A stretch of DNA of 64,000 nt. It comes from Octopus vulgaris. Taxonomy: Eukaryota. Positions 31,342 to 45,489 of this stretch are shown in pieces (within the stretch, counting starts at the first letter, position 1; every line of letters starts with the position of its first letter). The notes under the pieces were generated by a model, which saw only the letters and a list, made by a program, of their open reading frames with translations, did no database searches and was not told the origin of the DNA. Both the position numbers and the translations under genes were made by a program. Location: assembly GCA_951406725.2 (NCBI GenBank), contig OX597817.1, positions 31,186,001-31,250,000 on the forward strand, read 5' to 3'.

Positions 31342-31587
31342 TACGAGATGTACTTGCATAGCAAACGACTTGATCTGAGATCGTGCGCTGAAACAAAAAC
31401 AACTGCAGCGTGGAAAGTTTTTCAAAAGCCGTTAGATTCACTTCAACATTTAAATGTATTTTCGTCGCTTTGAAACCGCAACCGGTTCGCTGCAGATGCA
31501 GCACGGAATTTTGTCAGTGAACAGATCGCGGTTTCAAAGCGACGAAAATATTTTGATAAATTAAATTTAAATGTTGAAGTGAATCTT
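31340..31587. mobile_element. Inverted-repeat element family E with G3-C8 hammerhead at 31510-31560 (+)
   Basis: tttgtca-GTGAACA-gatcgc..gcgac-GAAA-atatt-t-tgataaa; partial inverted arm upstream. Confidence 0.75.
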
Positions 31588-32380
31588 ATATACATATACA
31601 TACATACGACGGATTTCCTTCAGCTTCCGTCTACCAAATCCACTCAGAAGGGTTTGGTCGACACAAGGCTATAGTAGAAGACATTTGCCTAATGTGCCAC
31701 GCAACACGTGAAAATATATGTACAATATAAGTGCTAACTAAGGCAGCGAGCTGACAGAAACGTTAGCACGCCGGGCGAAATGCTTAGCAGTTTTTCGTCT
31801 GCCGCTACGTTCTGAGTTCAAATTCCGCCGAGATCGACTTTGTCTTTCATCGTTTCGGGGTCGATAGATTAAGTACCAGTTACGCCCTGGGATCGATATA
31901 TTCGACTCAATCCGTTTGTCTGTCCTTGTTTGTCCTCTCTGTGTTTAGCCCCTTGTGGGTAATAAAGAAATAGGTATTTCGTCTGCCGCTACGTTCTGAG
32001 TTCAAATTCCACCGATGTCGGCTTTGTCTTTCATCCTTCCGGGTCGATAAATTAAGTACCAGTTACATACTGAGATCGATTTAATCGACTGCTTCCCCTT
32101 CCCAAAAAATTTCGCGCCTTGTGCCAAGAGTAGAAAAGAATGTAAGTGCTAACTGAAAGTCAAACGGATGGCGATCTATCTAATCATTGTGTACTTTGCA
32201 ACGAGGAAACTTTCTTGCATCGAGAGCAAGAACCGCTTTCTTGAATACTCTCATATATACCTACATGCATATATATATACTTACATATGTGCATAATGCA
32301 CACATTTAGAAGCATGTACGCACGGCTGCCTGGTGTTTGCGTCCTGGCATGTGTTATCTCTCATTTACTAGCCATTGTTA

Positions 32381-32432
<52 letters not shown>

Positions 32433-32753
32433 AGTTTTTATTGACGTTGCTGTTTTAGTAGATATAGTGGTTGTTATTATTACTGATGTACATATTGATA
32501 ATTAGATAGATAGATAGATAGATAGATATTACATATATACGTGTATGTATATGCATATATAAATATATACATATATACAAACATACATACATACATATTT
32601 ACAATACAGTTATACAGGTTTATGCACATCCGCACATTCACACACGCACACACACGCACATACAAACACTCACAAAGATGCACGCACATGCACGCACACG
32701 AGGATAAATATGTGTGTATGCTTGAGTGTGTGCGTGTGTGTGTGTGCGTGTGT

Positions 32754-32820
<67 letters not shown>

Positions 32821-33094
32821 GTGGGCTCCTTTCCTCTTTTTGTTCTGAAATCATTTACTTGTGGCGTGTTGTCAGAGTTAGAAAAACATGTCATGCTCGA
32901 AAAAAAAGCCTTTGACAAACGCCGACGCAAGGAAAATTCATATTTTTTCTTCTTTTTCGCCTCTTCTTGTTGTTAGTAATAACAAATATTAGACATGACA
33001 GGGAAACAAATATACTAGGTACACTAACATTATGTCAGTGTGTATATGTATATATATATAAACATACATATATATATTTTATATATATATATAT

Positions 33095-33143
<49 letters not shown>

Positions 33144-33157
33144 TATGTATATATACA

Positions 33158-33189
<32 letters not shown>

Positions 33190-33226
33190 AATACATACAT
33201 ACATACATACATATATATATATATAC

Positions 33227-33289
<63 letters not shown>

Positions 33290-33395
33290 TATATGTATAT
33301 ATATATATACATATATGTATATATATATATATATATATATACATATATGTATATATATATGTGTATATATATATATATGTATGTATGTATGTATG

Positions 33396-33451
<56 letters not shown>

Positions 33452-33650
33452 ACATACACACACACAATGCACACATAAATATACAGAGCTCGTGCAGACA
33501 CACACACAAACACTTTCATACGTAGTCACGTACAGGGAAATATATATATTCATGCAGAGATGATAATACAGAATAAATAAATAACAGATATTCGGTAGAT
33601 ATTGTATAGAATATCAATAAGGCAACACCAGCAGAATAAGCAGTAACGGC

Positions 33651-33737
<87 letters not shown>

Positions 33738-33857
33738 GGTGGTGGTGGTGGTAGTAGTTGTAGCAGCAGCATTCGTAGTAATGTTTTTATGAATTTATTG
33801 TTGCTGTCTGAGTAGGACATTTAAGTATATATGTCCGTGTGAGTATATAAGTATGTA

Positions 33858-33913
<56 letters not shown>

Positions 33914-34139
33914 TGCATGTATGCATGTATGTATGTGCGTACTTACGAAGGAGTGCTGAAAAGTTCCTAACGTTAAAGGTGTCGCGAAAGACCTCGTTGG
34001 AGACCCTACCATCCGAGTTCTTTTACAGGGCTTAGAAAAACTACGTGTTTATATGTTGAATAAAAGTGTAATTAACTGATCCTCTTGTATTTTCTTTTAC
34101 CCAAAGCCACGTTCTTGTCAGCACAACCACTCCTCTCAT

Positions 34140-34178
<39 letters not shown>

Positions 34179-34236
34179 CATATGTATACACACACACATA
34201 CATATGTATATATGTATGTACATGTATATATGTATA

Positions 34237-34282
<46 letters not shown>

Positions 34283-34319
34283 CACACACATATATATATA
34301 TATGTATATATATATATGT

Positions 34320-34354
<35 letters not shown>

Positions 34355-34355
34355 C

Positions 34356-35786
34356 CTAGTAGATATACCCGACGTTGCCTGAGTTAAAGAGAATAATGAA
34401 ATTTTAAAATGCCGTCTAGATTACGTAGGTCTCAGCTGCTAGTACCTACATTAATAACATTCTAACCCATGCCAGCATTGAACGTAGATGTTAAGTGAAA
34501 TGTTAAAAGAAAATTTTCGACTCATATATGTATATAAAGTAAATACACATAATTCAAAAACACGTTTTGTGTAGCTTTTTTCGTTACCAAAAAACAGGTA
34601 CAGATTATAAACAATGAAAGGCCGATTTTGGTGATTCATTTCACAGAGGTAGTTGAGATCCAATTCGATGATAAATCTGACCTTGGATATTGAAAGTTTG
34701 CATGAATCCTGGCTCAGTTAAATCTCTTGTGGCTCCAAATGATGTCATCTGTAGTGCAGCGTTTTATTGTCGAATTTTGTTTTGGAAGTGCTTGGAATCT
34801 TGGCCAGTTGTTGGCATCATTTTCTTCAATGGCTCTGAAGGTTGGGGGATTGCAGTGAGTTTAACCTTTCCCCCAGTGCAGCACAGTGCAGGTGTCTCTC
34901 CAGGCCACTTCCTTACTTAACAATGTATGCACTCAGTTGTCATTGCACCAATGGAAACTCTAGTATCATCTGCATAATGAACTGCTGGACCATAATTGAA
35001 AGCTGCTTCATAGAAACTGCTTCTCTGAGCTGTTGCAACTGTTTTTCGTTCTACAGTGGAGTTCCTATTCCTTGTTAGCCGTGCATATCTCTCTTCATCA
35101 CTTTGGTATGCTCTGGCTTTTGTAGAGCACAGTCTGTTTATTTCTTGGTATGATTCTCTTTCTGCAGTTGTCTCTCTATCCCTGGATATTCTTTTGGCTG
35201 ACCTTGACACTTTCCTTCTAGGCATGGTTTATATACGTATACAGAAATACACGGGTGCAGAAGATAGTAAACAATGAAAATAACTGGGTAACTGAAATTA
35301 TATTTCTTAAAACGACGGGCAGAAAGTAAATAAGAATTTTTTACTGAAAATAAAGAATTGTACGGGTTGAAGAGAAATTTGTCATTTAGTGAACCGCAGA
35401 GCTAGTATCGAAGGAACAAGAAAAAAGCTGTTAACAAGAGAAAAACACAAAATCGTTGCAAAAGTAACTAAGAAATTTTTAGAGAAATTAACTAAGTGTA
35501 TGGATTTAAGTGAAATTTTAGAAGTTACTTCTGTCAGTAAATTATGAACTTACTTTTATCAGTAATTCTGTCAACAATAAAACACAAAATGTTGCAAAAG
35601 TAAATAAGGAATTTGTAGGCAAATTTAACGAAGTGTACGGAATGAAGTGAAATTTATGAAGATACATCTGTCAGTACATTATGTAAGAAATTACTTTCAT
35701 CAATAATTGTGAACTTCTTTCTGTCAATAATTTGTCGTTTGTAAATAGCGATTGAAAATTCACAGTGAAAACAACAGAGAGTGAAT

Positions 35787-35833
<47 letters not shown>

Positions 35834-36285
35834 CAATCTAGTTAGACAAATAAGATAGATATAGATAGATAAGATATAGACAGGTAGATACAGCGAGATA
35901 AATACAGAGATAGAGATGGATATAGAGATATAGATAGAGAGATATAGAGATTGAGATACGCGTAAAAAACGTATACGCATATATCTCTATTTTATACATT
36001 AGATGAGATTGTGATAAATTTTTTGACCAATGGATGTAAAGGAGACAATCAATTTCTGAAAGTTCTTCGGCAAAGGGTTAATTCTCTTCTCTACGTAACC
36101 CAGGAACGGGCGTTTTCTTCTCCAAGGGGTCCGTTACTCATTATGTGAAATATTTTAAGAGTTTAAAACCATCTCTGGAACATATGTAATGTATGCTTCC
36201 TGTTTGAAGAAAATCAGTTGAAAAATACGGCCATTATAATCTTTTAAACACACACACACACACAGAACGGGATTTATATTATACA
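34356..36285 (-). mobile_element. Internally deleted Helitron retaining the N-terminus of RepHel
   Basis: CTAG end plus hairpin at 34356-34385. Minus frame 35225-34650 reads AAFNYGPAVHY...IGAMTTECIHC*VRKWPGETPALCCTGGKVKL...KHFQNKIRQ*NAALQMTSFGA...TFNIQGQIYHRIGS, typical of RepHel N-terminal motifs. The 5' boundary is approximate. Confidence 0.85.
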
Positions 36286-36299
36286 CACACACACACAAA

Positions 36300-36632
36300 T
36301 TGAGAGAATGGAGCAGGTAAGATCCGGGCTATATACGTTTCCTAGCTAGCAGAACCCCGGATGTAATAATTACTCAATGAGGGGTACTCCACAAGCTACT
36401 CATCAGACCTAAAGGTTATATTGTCTTCAAGAGATCCCGAGTTATCCCTGAGTTAACCTGCAAGTTAATTTGGGATCCCTTGACGACAATGTAACCTTCA
36501 TTTAACTAAGGTATCTTCGGTCTGATGAGTAGTAGCTAATGGAGTATCCCTGGTTGAGTAATGATTACTTGCGAGGTTCTGCTGGCTAGGAAGCATTTTT
36601 AATCCAGATTTTACCTACTCCATTCCCTCACT
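36300..36632. repeat. ~330 bp imperfect foldback with hammerhead-like cores on both strands
   Basis: Arms gagagaatggagcaggtaagatcc...ctactcatcagacc / ggtctgatgagtag...cctactccattccctc. Confidence 0.8.
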
Positions 36633-36862
36633 TTGGACTTTTTTATTTGCAATCATAGCAACCCTAGATGCTAACCGTGAACTATAAAATGATTTTTTCA
36701 CCTTATTGCAATTCGATATGGGAATAAAAACCTACAACTTTCTACGCCAATAAGTTATTATTGTTCCTGAAAGTTGATTTTATACCTACTCGAAGCTTAC
36801 CAACTTCCAACCCCTAGATCCTTGGATCTTGAAATTACTTATTTTATATATATAGGTGTATC

Positions 36863-36916
<54 letters not shown>

Positions 36917-37003
36917 TATTAGAGACAAAACCACTATTTTGCAAAACAAACAAGGAAAGACTTAATCAATACATAAAATTTTAATAAATAGTCAAAAAAA
37001 CCG

Positions 37004-37046
37004 CCACTACAATCGTTTCTTGTCTTGATCGACAATCTTCAGGTGG
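37004..37046 (-). ncRNA. Minimal type I hammerhead ribozyme
   Basis: Reverse complement of 39333-39375. Confidence 0.8.
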
Positions 37047-39332
37047 ACTTCCAATCTAAAATATCAATATTTTAAAATATAAAAATAATAATTTTAAAAT
37101 AATTAAAGTATGAATGAAATAATATAAATATATAATCCATATATAACCAATATATAATCCATATATAATCAATATATAAACAATATATAAACTAAAATAA
37201 ACCTATCAACAATTAAATATAAAATATAAAATATAAAATATAAAACAAAACAAAAAAATAATAATAATATAATAATAAACTATATATACACCCATACACA
37301 TATACCTAATTATATATAACCATATCTAACTACATACACTAAATCACACACCTATATATATATCTCCATTCATAATTTAAATGACATTTACTTTCCATGG
37401 CGCGTATTCTTTTTTTAACATAAGTTATTTCTATGGTAACGTAATTTTGGTTTGATTTTTTTAACGGCTAAGAATTTAATTTCACTTCATAATTTGAAAC
37501 TGACTTGTAAGTATGTATTTTATTTATCCTTATGTCATATTGTTATTTTTGATATTCTGGTTAATTACGATGTATTTAATGTTGTTTTCATAGGAGTGTT
37601 TATGTATATGAGATTGTGTGTGAGTTTTTAGTTGTATAATTTATTTATCTGTATGAGTGTGGGTGTGTAAATATTGTTGTATATATCGAGTTTAGTGAGT
37701 ATGTATATGCGTATATGTGAGGGAGTATATGTATCTGTTGTGTGTGTGTGTTTTGCGTGTGTGTGTGTTTGTGTGTGAATGTGTATATGGGTTTGTTATT
37801 TAGGTTTTGGGATGTATGTGTTAATTTGTCTGTGTGGGGAGGGAGTGGGTTTTGGTGTATATTGAGGTTTATAAGTTAGTATAGGTATGTGTATAAGTTG
37901 TGGGTCTGAGGTTTATGTGTGTGTATTTGTGTGTGAATGTTTAGGTTAGGGGGATTGCTATATAGGTTTGTTATAGAGTTTAGCAAAGGGAGATTTTATC
38001 GTTATATGTTTTTAAGAGTTTTGGTTTATCATGGTTTTTTTAGGGAATTCGTGGTAATTTGTCTATTTTCGATGTTGGTTGTTTTATTACATTGTTTCAT
38101 TCATAATTTTTGAGTGGTGTTCGTTTTGCCACGTGAATATTATTTTTAATTCCATTTATTCCATTTCTCCATTCATTAATTTAGAGATGTTCGTTTCCAG
38201 AGCGGTTATACTTTTTATACATATGTTAAGTTCCTTGGTAAAGTAATTTTGTTTGGTGTATATGTTGAGGCTTATATGTACTTGTGGGTGTGTGTGAGTG
38301 GGGTGGGTGTTTGTATTTGTTATGGGTGTGTGGTTTATGTGTGTGTATTTGTGTGTGAATGTATAGGTTAAAGGGATTGCTATATAAGTATGTTATAGTG
38401 TTTAGTAAAGGGAGGTTTTATCATTTCTGTTTTGTGAGTTTTAGATTATCATGGTAGTTTTATAAAAGAATCCATTCATAATTTTTGTGTTTTTTTGTCT
38501 GTGTGGGGTTGAGTGGGTTTTTGGAGTATATGTTGAGGTTTATATGTATGTATTGGTATGTGTAAGTGGTGTGGGTATTTGTATATGTCGTGGGTGTGTG
38601 GTTTACGGGTGTGTATTTGTGTGTGAATGTTTAGGTTAGGGGGATTGCTATATAGGTATGTTATAGAGTTTAGTAAAGGGAGATTTTATCATTATATGTT
38701 TTTATGAGTTTTGGTTTATCATGGTGGGTTTGTTAAGGAATTCGTAGTAATTTGTGTCTATTTGCGATGTCTGTTGTTTTATTGCATTGTTTCATTCATA
38801 ATTTTTAAGTAGTGTTCGTTTTACCAAGTGAATATAATTTTTAATTCCATTTATTCCATTTCTCCGTTCATAATTTTGAGTGATGTCCGTTTTCTAGAGC
38901 GTGAATGTGGGTTGTATGTGTGTGTGTGTGGGAGTATGAATAAGTATTGTGTTGAAGTATTTAGCTATTTTATTTATTTATAGTTGCCTAGACGTTTTTA
39001 TGTGTATGTATAGGGATATATATATAGGTGTGTGATTTAGTGTATGTAGTTAGATATGGTTATATATAATTAGGTATATGTGTATGGGTGTATATATAGT
39101 TTATTATTATATTATTATTATTTTTTTGTTTTGTTTTATATTTTATATTTTATATTTTATATTTAATTGTTGATAGGTTTATTTTAGTTTATATATTGTT
39201 TATATATTGATTATATATGGATTATATATTGGTTATATATGGATTATATATTTATATTTTTTCATTCATACTTTAATTATTTTAAAATTATTATTTTTAT
39301 ATTTTAAAATATTGATATTTTAGATTGGAAGT

Positions 39333-39375
39333 CCACCTGAAGATTGTCGATCAAGACAAGAAACGATTGTAGTGG
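39333..39375 (+). ncRNA. Minimal type I hammerhead ribozyme
   Basis: ccac-CTGAAGA-ttgtc(gatcaa)gacaa-GAAA-c-gatt-GTA-gtgg; full core, predicted cleavage after 39371. Confidence 0.8.
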
Positions 39376-39556
39376 CGGTTTTTTTGACTATTTATTAAAA
39401 TTTTATGTATTGATTAAGTCTTTCCTTGTTTGTTTTGCAAAATAGTGGTTTTGTCTCTAATAATATTTTATAATATTTTACTATAAAATTGGATTTAATC
39501 CTAAATCTGATTTTTTTTTCCCTGTAAATTTGGATTTATTCCCTAATATTTATTAT

Positions 39557-39591
<35 letters not shown>

Positions 39592-39595
<4 letters not shown>

Positions 39596-39764
39596 AGTAG
39601 GAATGGCTGTGTGGTAAGTAGTTTGCTTACGAACCATATGGTTCCGGGTTCAGTCCCACTGCGCGGTACCTTCGGCAAGTGTCTTCTACTATAGCCTCGG
39701 GCCGACCAAAGCCTTGCGAGTGAATTTGGTAGACGGAAACTAAAAGAAGCCCGTTCTATATATG

Positions 39765-39812
<48 letters not shown>

Positions 39813-40395
39813 ACAACCGATGCTGGTGTGTTTATATAACTTAGGGGTTCGGCAAAAGAAACCGATAGAATAAGTACTAGGCTTACAAAGAATAAGACCT
39901 GGGGTCGATTTGCTCGACTAAAGGCGGTGCTCCAGCATGGTTACAGTCAAATGACTGAAACAAGTAAAATAGTAAAAGAGAGTAGAATATATAGGCGCAG
40001 ACGTGGCTGTGTGGTAAGAAGCTTGCTTCCCAACTTCATGGTTCTGGATTAGTCTCATTGTGTGGCTCCGTGGGTATGTGCCTTCTACTAGAGCCTCGGG
40101 CCGATCAAAGTCTTCTGAGTTTATTTGGTAGACGGAAACTGAAAGAAGCTCGTCGTATATATGCGGGTATGTGTGCTTGTGTTGTGTTGTGTATTTATCT
40201 ATGTTTGTCCCCTCACCATCGCTTGACAACCGATGTTGGTATGTTTACGTTCCCATAACTTAGCGGTTCGGCAAAAGTTAGGGTTAGAATAAGTACTAAG
40301 CCCACAAAGAATAAGTCATCGGGTCGATTTGTTCGACTAAAGGCGGTGCTCCAGCATGACCGCAGTCAAATGACTGAAACAAGTAAAAAAAGTAA
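39592..40395 (+). mobile_element. Two tandem SINE family A copies (39592-39980, 39993-40395)
   Basis: Two complete head-to-tail copies. Confidence 0.9.
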
Positions 40396-41847
40396 ACGAA
40401 ATATATATATATATATATATATATTATGTCATCATCTTCCTATCGTATTCGAAATGTCCTTCATGGCCTTTTCTGATATCTTGGTTACCACTCAACAATT
40501 GTAGGAGTCGACCGGCTGTCTGTGAGACTTATGACATATCTGACTGAGCAGAACTTGTGCATTCGTTATTCTATGATCACATCTTTCATTATTCCCCATT
40601 TTCAAATTACTTCGTTTCAAATTCAAACCGCGACGATATTCCTTACATGGATCCATACACGTATGTATGTATGTATGTATTGACAATATTAAAAATAAGG
40701 ATTACTCCGAAGAACCAATAGCATTACCTTTAATTTTATAATTATATACTGCCTTTTATGAGCAACAAATATTTCAATTGCACCGATTAGTAATCGTTGC
40801 ATTTGCACCCCTCCTATAGAATGATGCAGTCTCTTCAGGTTCTTAACTTGATATCCTTCAGTATGGCCGTTTAATGACTTTCCTTTATAAACTCTGCGTT
40901 GTATAATGTAGAGCTGTCCGTTAAGTCAGACGCAAACAATCTCTCTTTCAAGTTCTTATTGGATATATTTACCTATAGTGGAGGCACGTGGCTTAGTGGT
41001 TAGGGTGTCAGCATCCTGATCGTAAGATTGTGGTTTCAATTCCTGGACCGGGCGACGCATTGTGTTCTTGAGCTAGACACTTCATTTCACGTTGCTCCAG
41101 TCCACTCAGCTAGCAAAAATGAGTAACGCTGCGATGGACTGGGGTCCCGTCCAGCTGGAGAACACATACGCCATAGAAACCGGGAAAACCGGGCCCATGA
41201 GCCTGGCTAGGCTTTTAAAAGGGCTCATTTATTATTTTTATATTTACCTATAACGGATTTATTTCAGTTTCCGTTAGTTTCCGTTAACCAAATCCATCGA
41301 CAACGACATGGTAGTACCGAGATAACAGTAAAAGACACTAGACCAAGGTGCCACGCAGAGGGGCTGAACACGGAACCACATGGTTGGGGAGCAAACTCTC
41401 TATCACACAGCCATGCCTGAGGCCTACGCGTAGCTCAGTGGTTAGAGCATCGGGTTCACAATCGTGTGATAGTGAGTTCGAATCCAGGACTGGGTTGCAT
41501 GTTGTGTTCTTAAGCAAGACACTTTATTTCCCGTTGTTCCAGCTGTAGAAATGAATTGCGTCATTACTAGTGCCAAACTGTATCGGCCTTTGCTTTTCCC
41601 TTGGATAATATCAGTGGCGCGGGAAGGGGTGGCTGGTATGCATCGGTGACTGCTGGGCTTCCATAAACAACTTTGCCCGGACTTGTGCTTTGGAGGGGAA
41701 CTTTCTAGGTGCAATCCCATGGTCATTTTTGCCAATAAAACAACTATAACCGTTCAAGTCCATGTAATCGTTCAGATGTGTGCGTGTGAGCACCTTCACA
41801 CCGTACGTACACAAGATACACGCACACACACATACATACGCGCACAC

Positions 41848-41878
<31 letters not shown>

Positions 41879-42562
41879 TGTATGTATGTGTATGTAAGTA
41901 CAGGTATAAGTATAACACACATACATGCATACATGCATACATACGTACATGTCAAACTTTATTCGCATAAAAGCACCCAACATTTGTGCGTATATACCGA
42001 CAACTGCATATATATATATATATGTGTGCATGTATATGGGGTAATATGTGTATGTGCGCATACACTTACATACACACACATACATATATATATATGTATA
42101 TATATATGTGAATATATATGTGTGTGTGTGTGAGTATATATTTGTAGTATATGTATGAATGTAAACATGCACACACACATAAACACACACGTTGTTTATA
42201 AGGAACAAGAGAAAAGTACTCGATACGTAATGTAGAGTATAATTATATTTATTCAGCTGAGCCGTATGCTGTTAATTAAGTTTTACGTTTAACCGCATGG
42301 TGTATTCAAGCTGCCATCACAACGAAATGGTAAACACGGAACTTTAGCGGCAGCATACGGCTACAGCGTAATAAGTATGCTTGTATACATACACACGCAC
42401 GCTCACGCTCACATTTATACATACATATACAAACATACATACATGCATACATACATACATACATACATACATACACTCACGATCACACTTATACATACGT
42501 ACATACATACATATATACATACATACACACACATATATCAGTGAGTGTATGTATGGGTATAC

Positions 42563-42950
42563 TCTTTTACTCTTTTACTTGTTTCAGTCATTTGACTGCG
42601 GCCATGCTGGAGCACCGCCTTTAGTCGAGCAACTCGACCCCGGGACTTATTCTTTTGTAAGCCCAGTACTTATTCTATCGGTCTCTTTTGCCGAACCGCT
42701 AAGTAACGGGGATGTAAACACACCAGCATCGGTTGTCAAGCAATGCTAGGGGGACAAACACAGACAAACACACACACATATATACATATACGACAGGCTT
42801 CTTTCAGTTTCCGTCTACCAAATCCACTCACAAGGCATTGGTTGGCCCGGGGCTATAGTAGAAGACACTTGCCCAAGATGCCGCGCAGTGGGACTGAACC
42901 CGGAACCATGTGGCTGGTTAGCAAGCTACTTACCACACAGCCACTCCTGC
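42563..42950 (-). mobile_element. SINE family A (further copies 44660-44873 -, 52340-52830 -, 59773-60195 +, 60270-60665 -)
   Basis: Matches the family consensus. Confidence 0.9.
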
Positions 42951-45323
42951 GTGAATGTGTATGTATATATGTATTATATGTATACATGTATGTATGTATG
43001 TATGTATGTATGCTGGAAGGCTTGTATGTCTCTTTATGTGCTTTATCAAAAACAAAAAATATATACATGCGTGATTCTGTAGGCCTGCGCATGTACAAGT
43101 GTCTACACAGAAGTGTGTTTATGCGCAGTTTCATATTTATGAATAAAATGTGTGGGTCTATGTAAATACGTGGTCAAGCAATTACACACGCCAGCACCAA
43201 AGACACCGCACGCGCGCGGGAGCATGTCTATGTGTGTACATTGCATTTAAACCTCACTGTACTTATGTATGTGAATATAAATATGCATGTGTGCTTGTGT
43301 TAGAATATTCGAGCAAGCCGTTCCATTTCAACTCTTCGTGTGTAAGTGTGACGAGAAATTCAAATGCGTACAATTTAATTGGCTAAAGTTACTCACGAGT
43401 TCACTAATCACCAATTGACCAGTGTCCATTTCACGTTGATCAATAATCACTCACATACACTTATCAATAATCTTAATTTTCCTTCTCATTTATATTCCCT
43501 CGCTTTCTCCCTCTCCCTCTCCCTCTCTCCTCACTCTCTCTCTCTCCCTCTGTTTCTTTTTTACTTACGCCTACAACTTCACTCTCTCTTAATTTCTCAA
43601 TTCTACTACATCTCTCCTACTACATTTCTCCAGGGCTTTTACAGAAACTAATCTTTCACTATTTCTCCACAAAGAGATAAAAACATTTCCCCTTTCCCGA
43701 AGAAAATTCCCCAAAACGTTAAAGTCTTCTTCCAGTAGCATATACTTTGAATTGTACCCCCAAAAAAGAAAAAAATATGAAGGTACACACTTGGATTCTA
43801 GTTTCTGCGCCAAGAGACAAATGTTTTTCTTAGACTGAAGAATGTGACTTATTTAGGTAATTCCGTAGTTCTTAACCTATGTAACCGATCAGTGACGAAC
43901 TCTTGCAGGATTCGTGTGTGCATAAAGGAGAGGAAAATATCAAGAGAGTACCACTGAAGGTGCTGCGAGGTAAATTTTCCGAGGACGAAACCCTTAAACC
44001 GGATATGAGACTTATATTTTAAACACATTTTTAAATAGAACTGTTAGGATTAGAATATGAATTGGAGATTGTGTTGTCAGAAAGCAGAAAACATGAATGA
44101 AAATACGATAAGGTCCAATTTCCATAATTATTTATCATAGGGGTACTAATCCATGCAATATCTAAACTGGAGATACATTCTGGATATAAAATTATGGATA
44201 ATAAACCATTTTACAAAGTTAGGTTGAGTAAAATAATTTGCAAACGTGTGGAGGAGGGTTTTGTAACGCACCATTCCGTGGAAAGAAAAAAGAGCTAGGA
44301 AGGTATGAGGGCCATTGGTCTAATGAAGCAGTATAATATGGCTGTTTGACTGCATAGCTAGAGCAATGGTTTTTAGATAGAATCCATATGAGCCTTGGCG
44401 GGGTCCATATAAGATTTTGTGACGGTCCACACAGGCAAAATAGTAAATTGGATCCAAAGTAATACTTCATGGATCCATGAAAAAAATTTTGCTTTCGATG
44501 TGTCTATTGCAAGAAACAGCTAGGTTTCTTTCTCTAATGTTTTACATTGTTCCTTCCTTCCTTTCTTTGTTCTCGAGTCCTACCGACTCATAAAGGCCAG
44601 TTTCCCGGTTTCTGTGGCGTGTATAATCCCCACGCAGGATTACTCATTTTCCACATCAGAGTCATAAACACAAACATATACGCACACACACATATATATA
44701 TACATATATACAACTGGCTTCTTTCAGTTTCCGTCTACCAAATCCACTCACAAGGCTTTGGTCAGCCCGAGGCTATAGTAGAAGACACGTGCCGAAGGTT
44801 CCACGCAGTGGGACTGAACCCGGAACCATGTGGTTGGTAAGCAAGCTACTTACCACACAACCACTCCTACACTTATGATACAAAATATCAACAAATGATT
44901 ATCATTCTGCATATCTGATTTCATTCTAAAATACTATTTCATGCATTACAGGTTGAATTACAAACTAAATAATCGAGTGTATACGATATTAAACTACAAA
45001 TATTTAACTTGTAGATTAATATACATTGTACACCTTTCCTTGAGCAGCGTGGAAAGGCACTTAGTTCAATGAAGTGCAGGAAATATAAATCATGATGTCC
45101 TATCCCCCATAAATAGGTCGCTAAGCACGTCAACGAAGAATAAGCATCAGTTAAGTACGTCTTTGCGGATAAGCCCCAGGTCGGTACGTGCTTGCGATCT
45201 AAGTTAAGATTAAAGGTTTAATGAAATGTAAAGGATCGTAAAACCTTAGAAATAGTTTATTTCAATTTATTTCATTTTTTCACTTTTCACACATTATATG
45301 TATGTGTGTGTTTTGTATGCGGG

Positions 45324-45366
<43 letters not shown>

Positions 45367-45489
45367 GTATATTTATACGTATAAATATATGTCTAAATAT
45401 ATATGTATTATGTTACGTGTATGCATGTAATCGCATGTGTATATATGAGTATGAGGTTGCGTATATATACATACATATATATACATATA

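Larger units (their letters stand above)
36911..39558. mobile_element. Young non-autonomous PLE-type element with ~450 bp inverted pseudo-LTRs, each carrying a hammerhead
   Basis: 36911-37363 is the near-perfect reverse complement of ~39014-39468. The GT-skewed interior has diverged direct repeats, and the element sits between (TA)n tracts. Confidence 0.85.

Noticed and set aside
32480-34382. Many ORFs rich in YI/HT/VC (also at 1.6-2, 10.7, 14.8, 42, 48.7 and 50.5 kb) and poly-I/L/N ORFs
   Set aside because: Translations of (TA)n, (CA)n, (TACA)n and (TAA)n microsatellites; not genes.
43950-44003. ctgaagg...gacgaaac hammerhead-like string
   Set aside because: Core A9 is missing and there is no convincing stem I or II.
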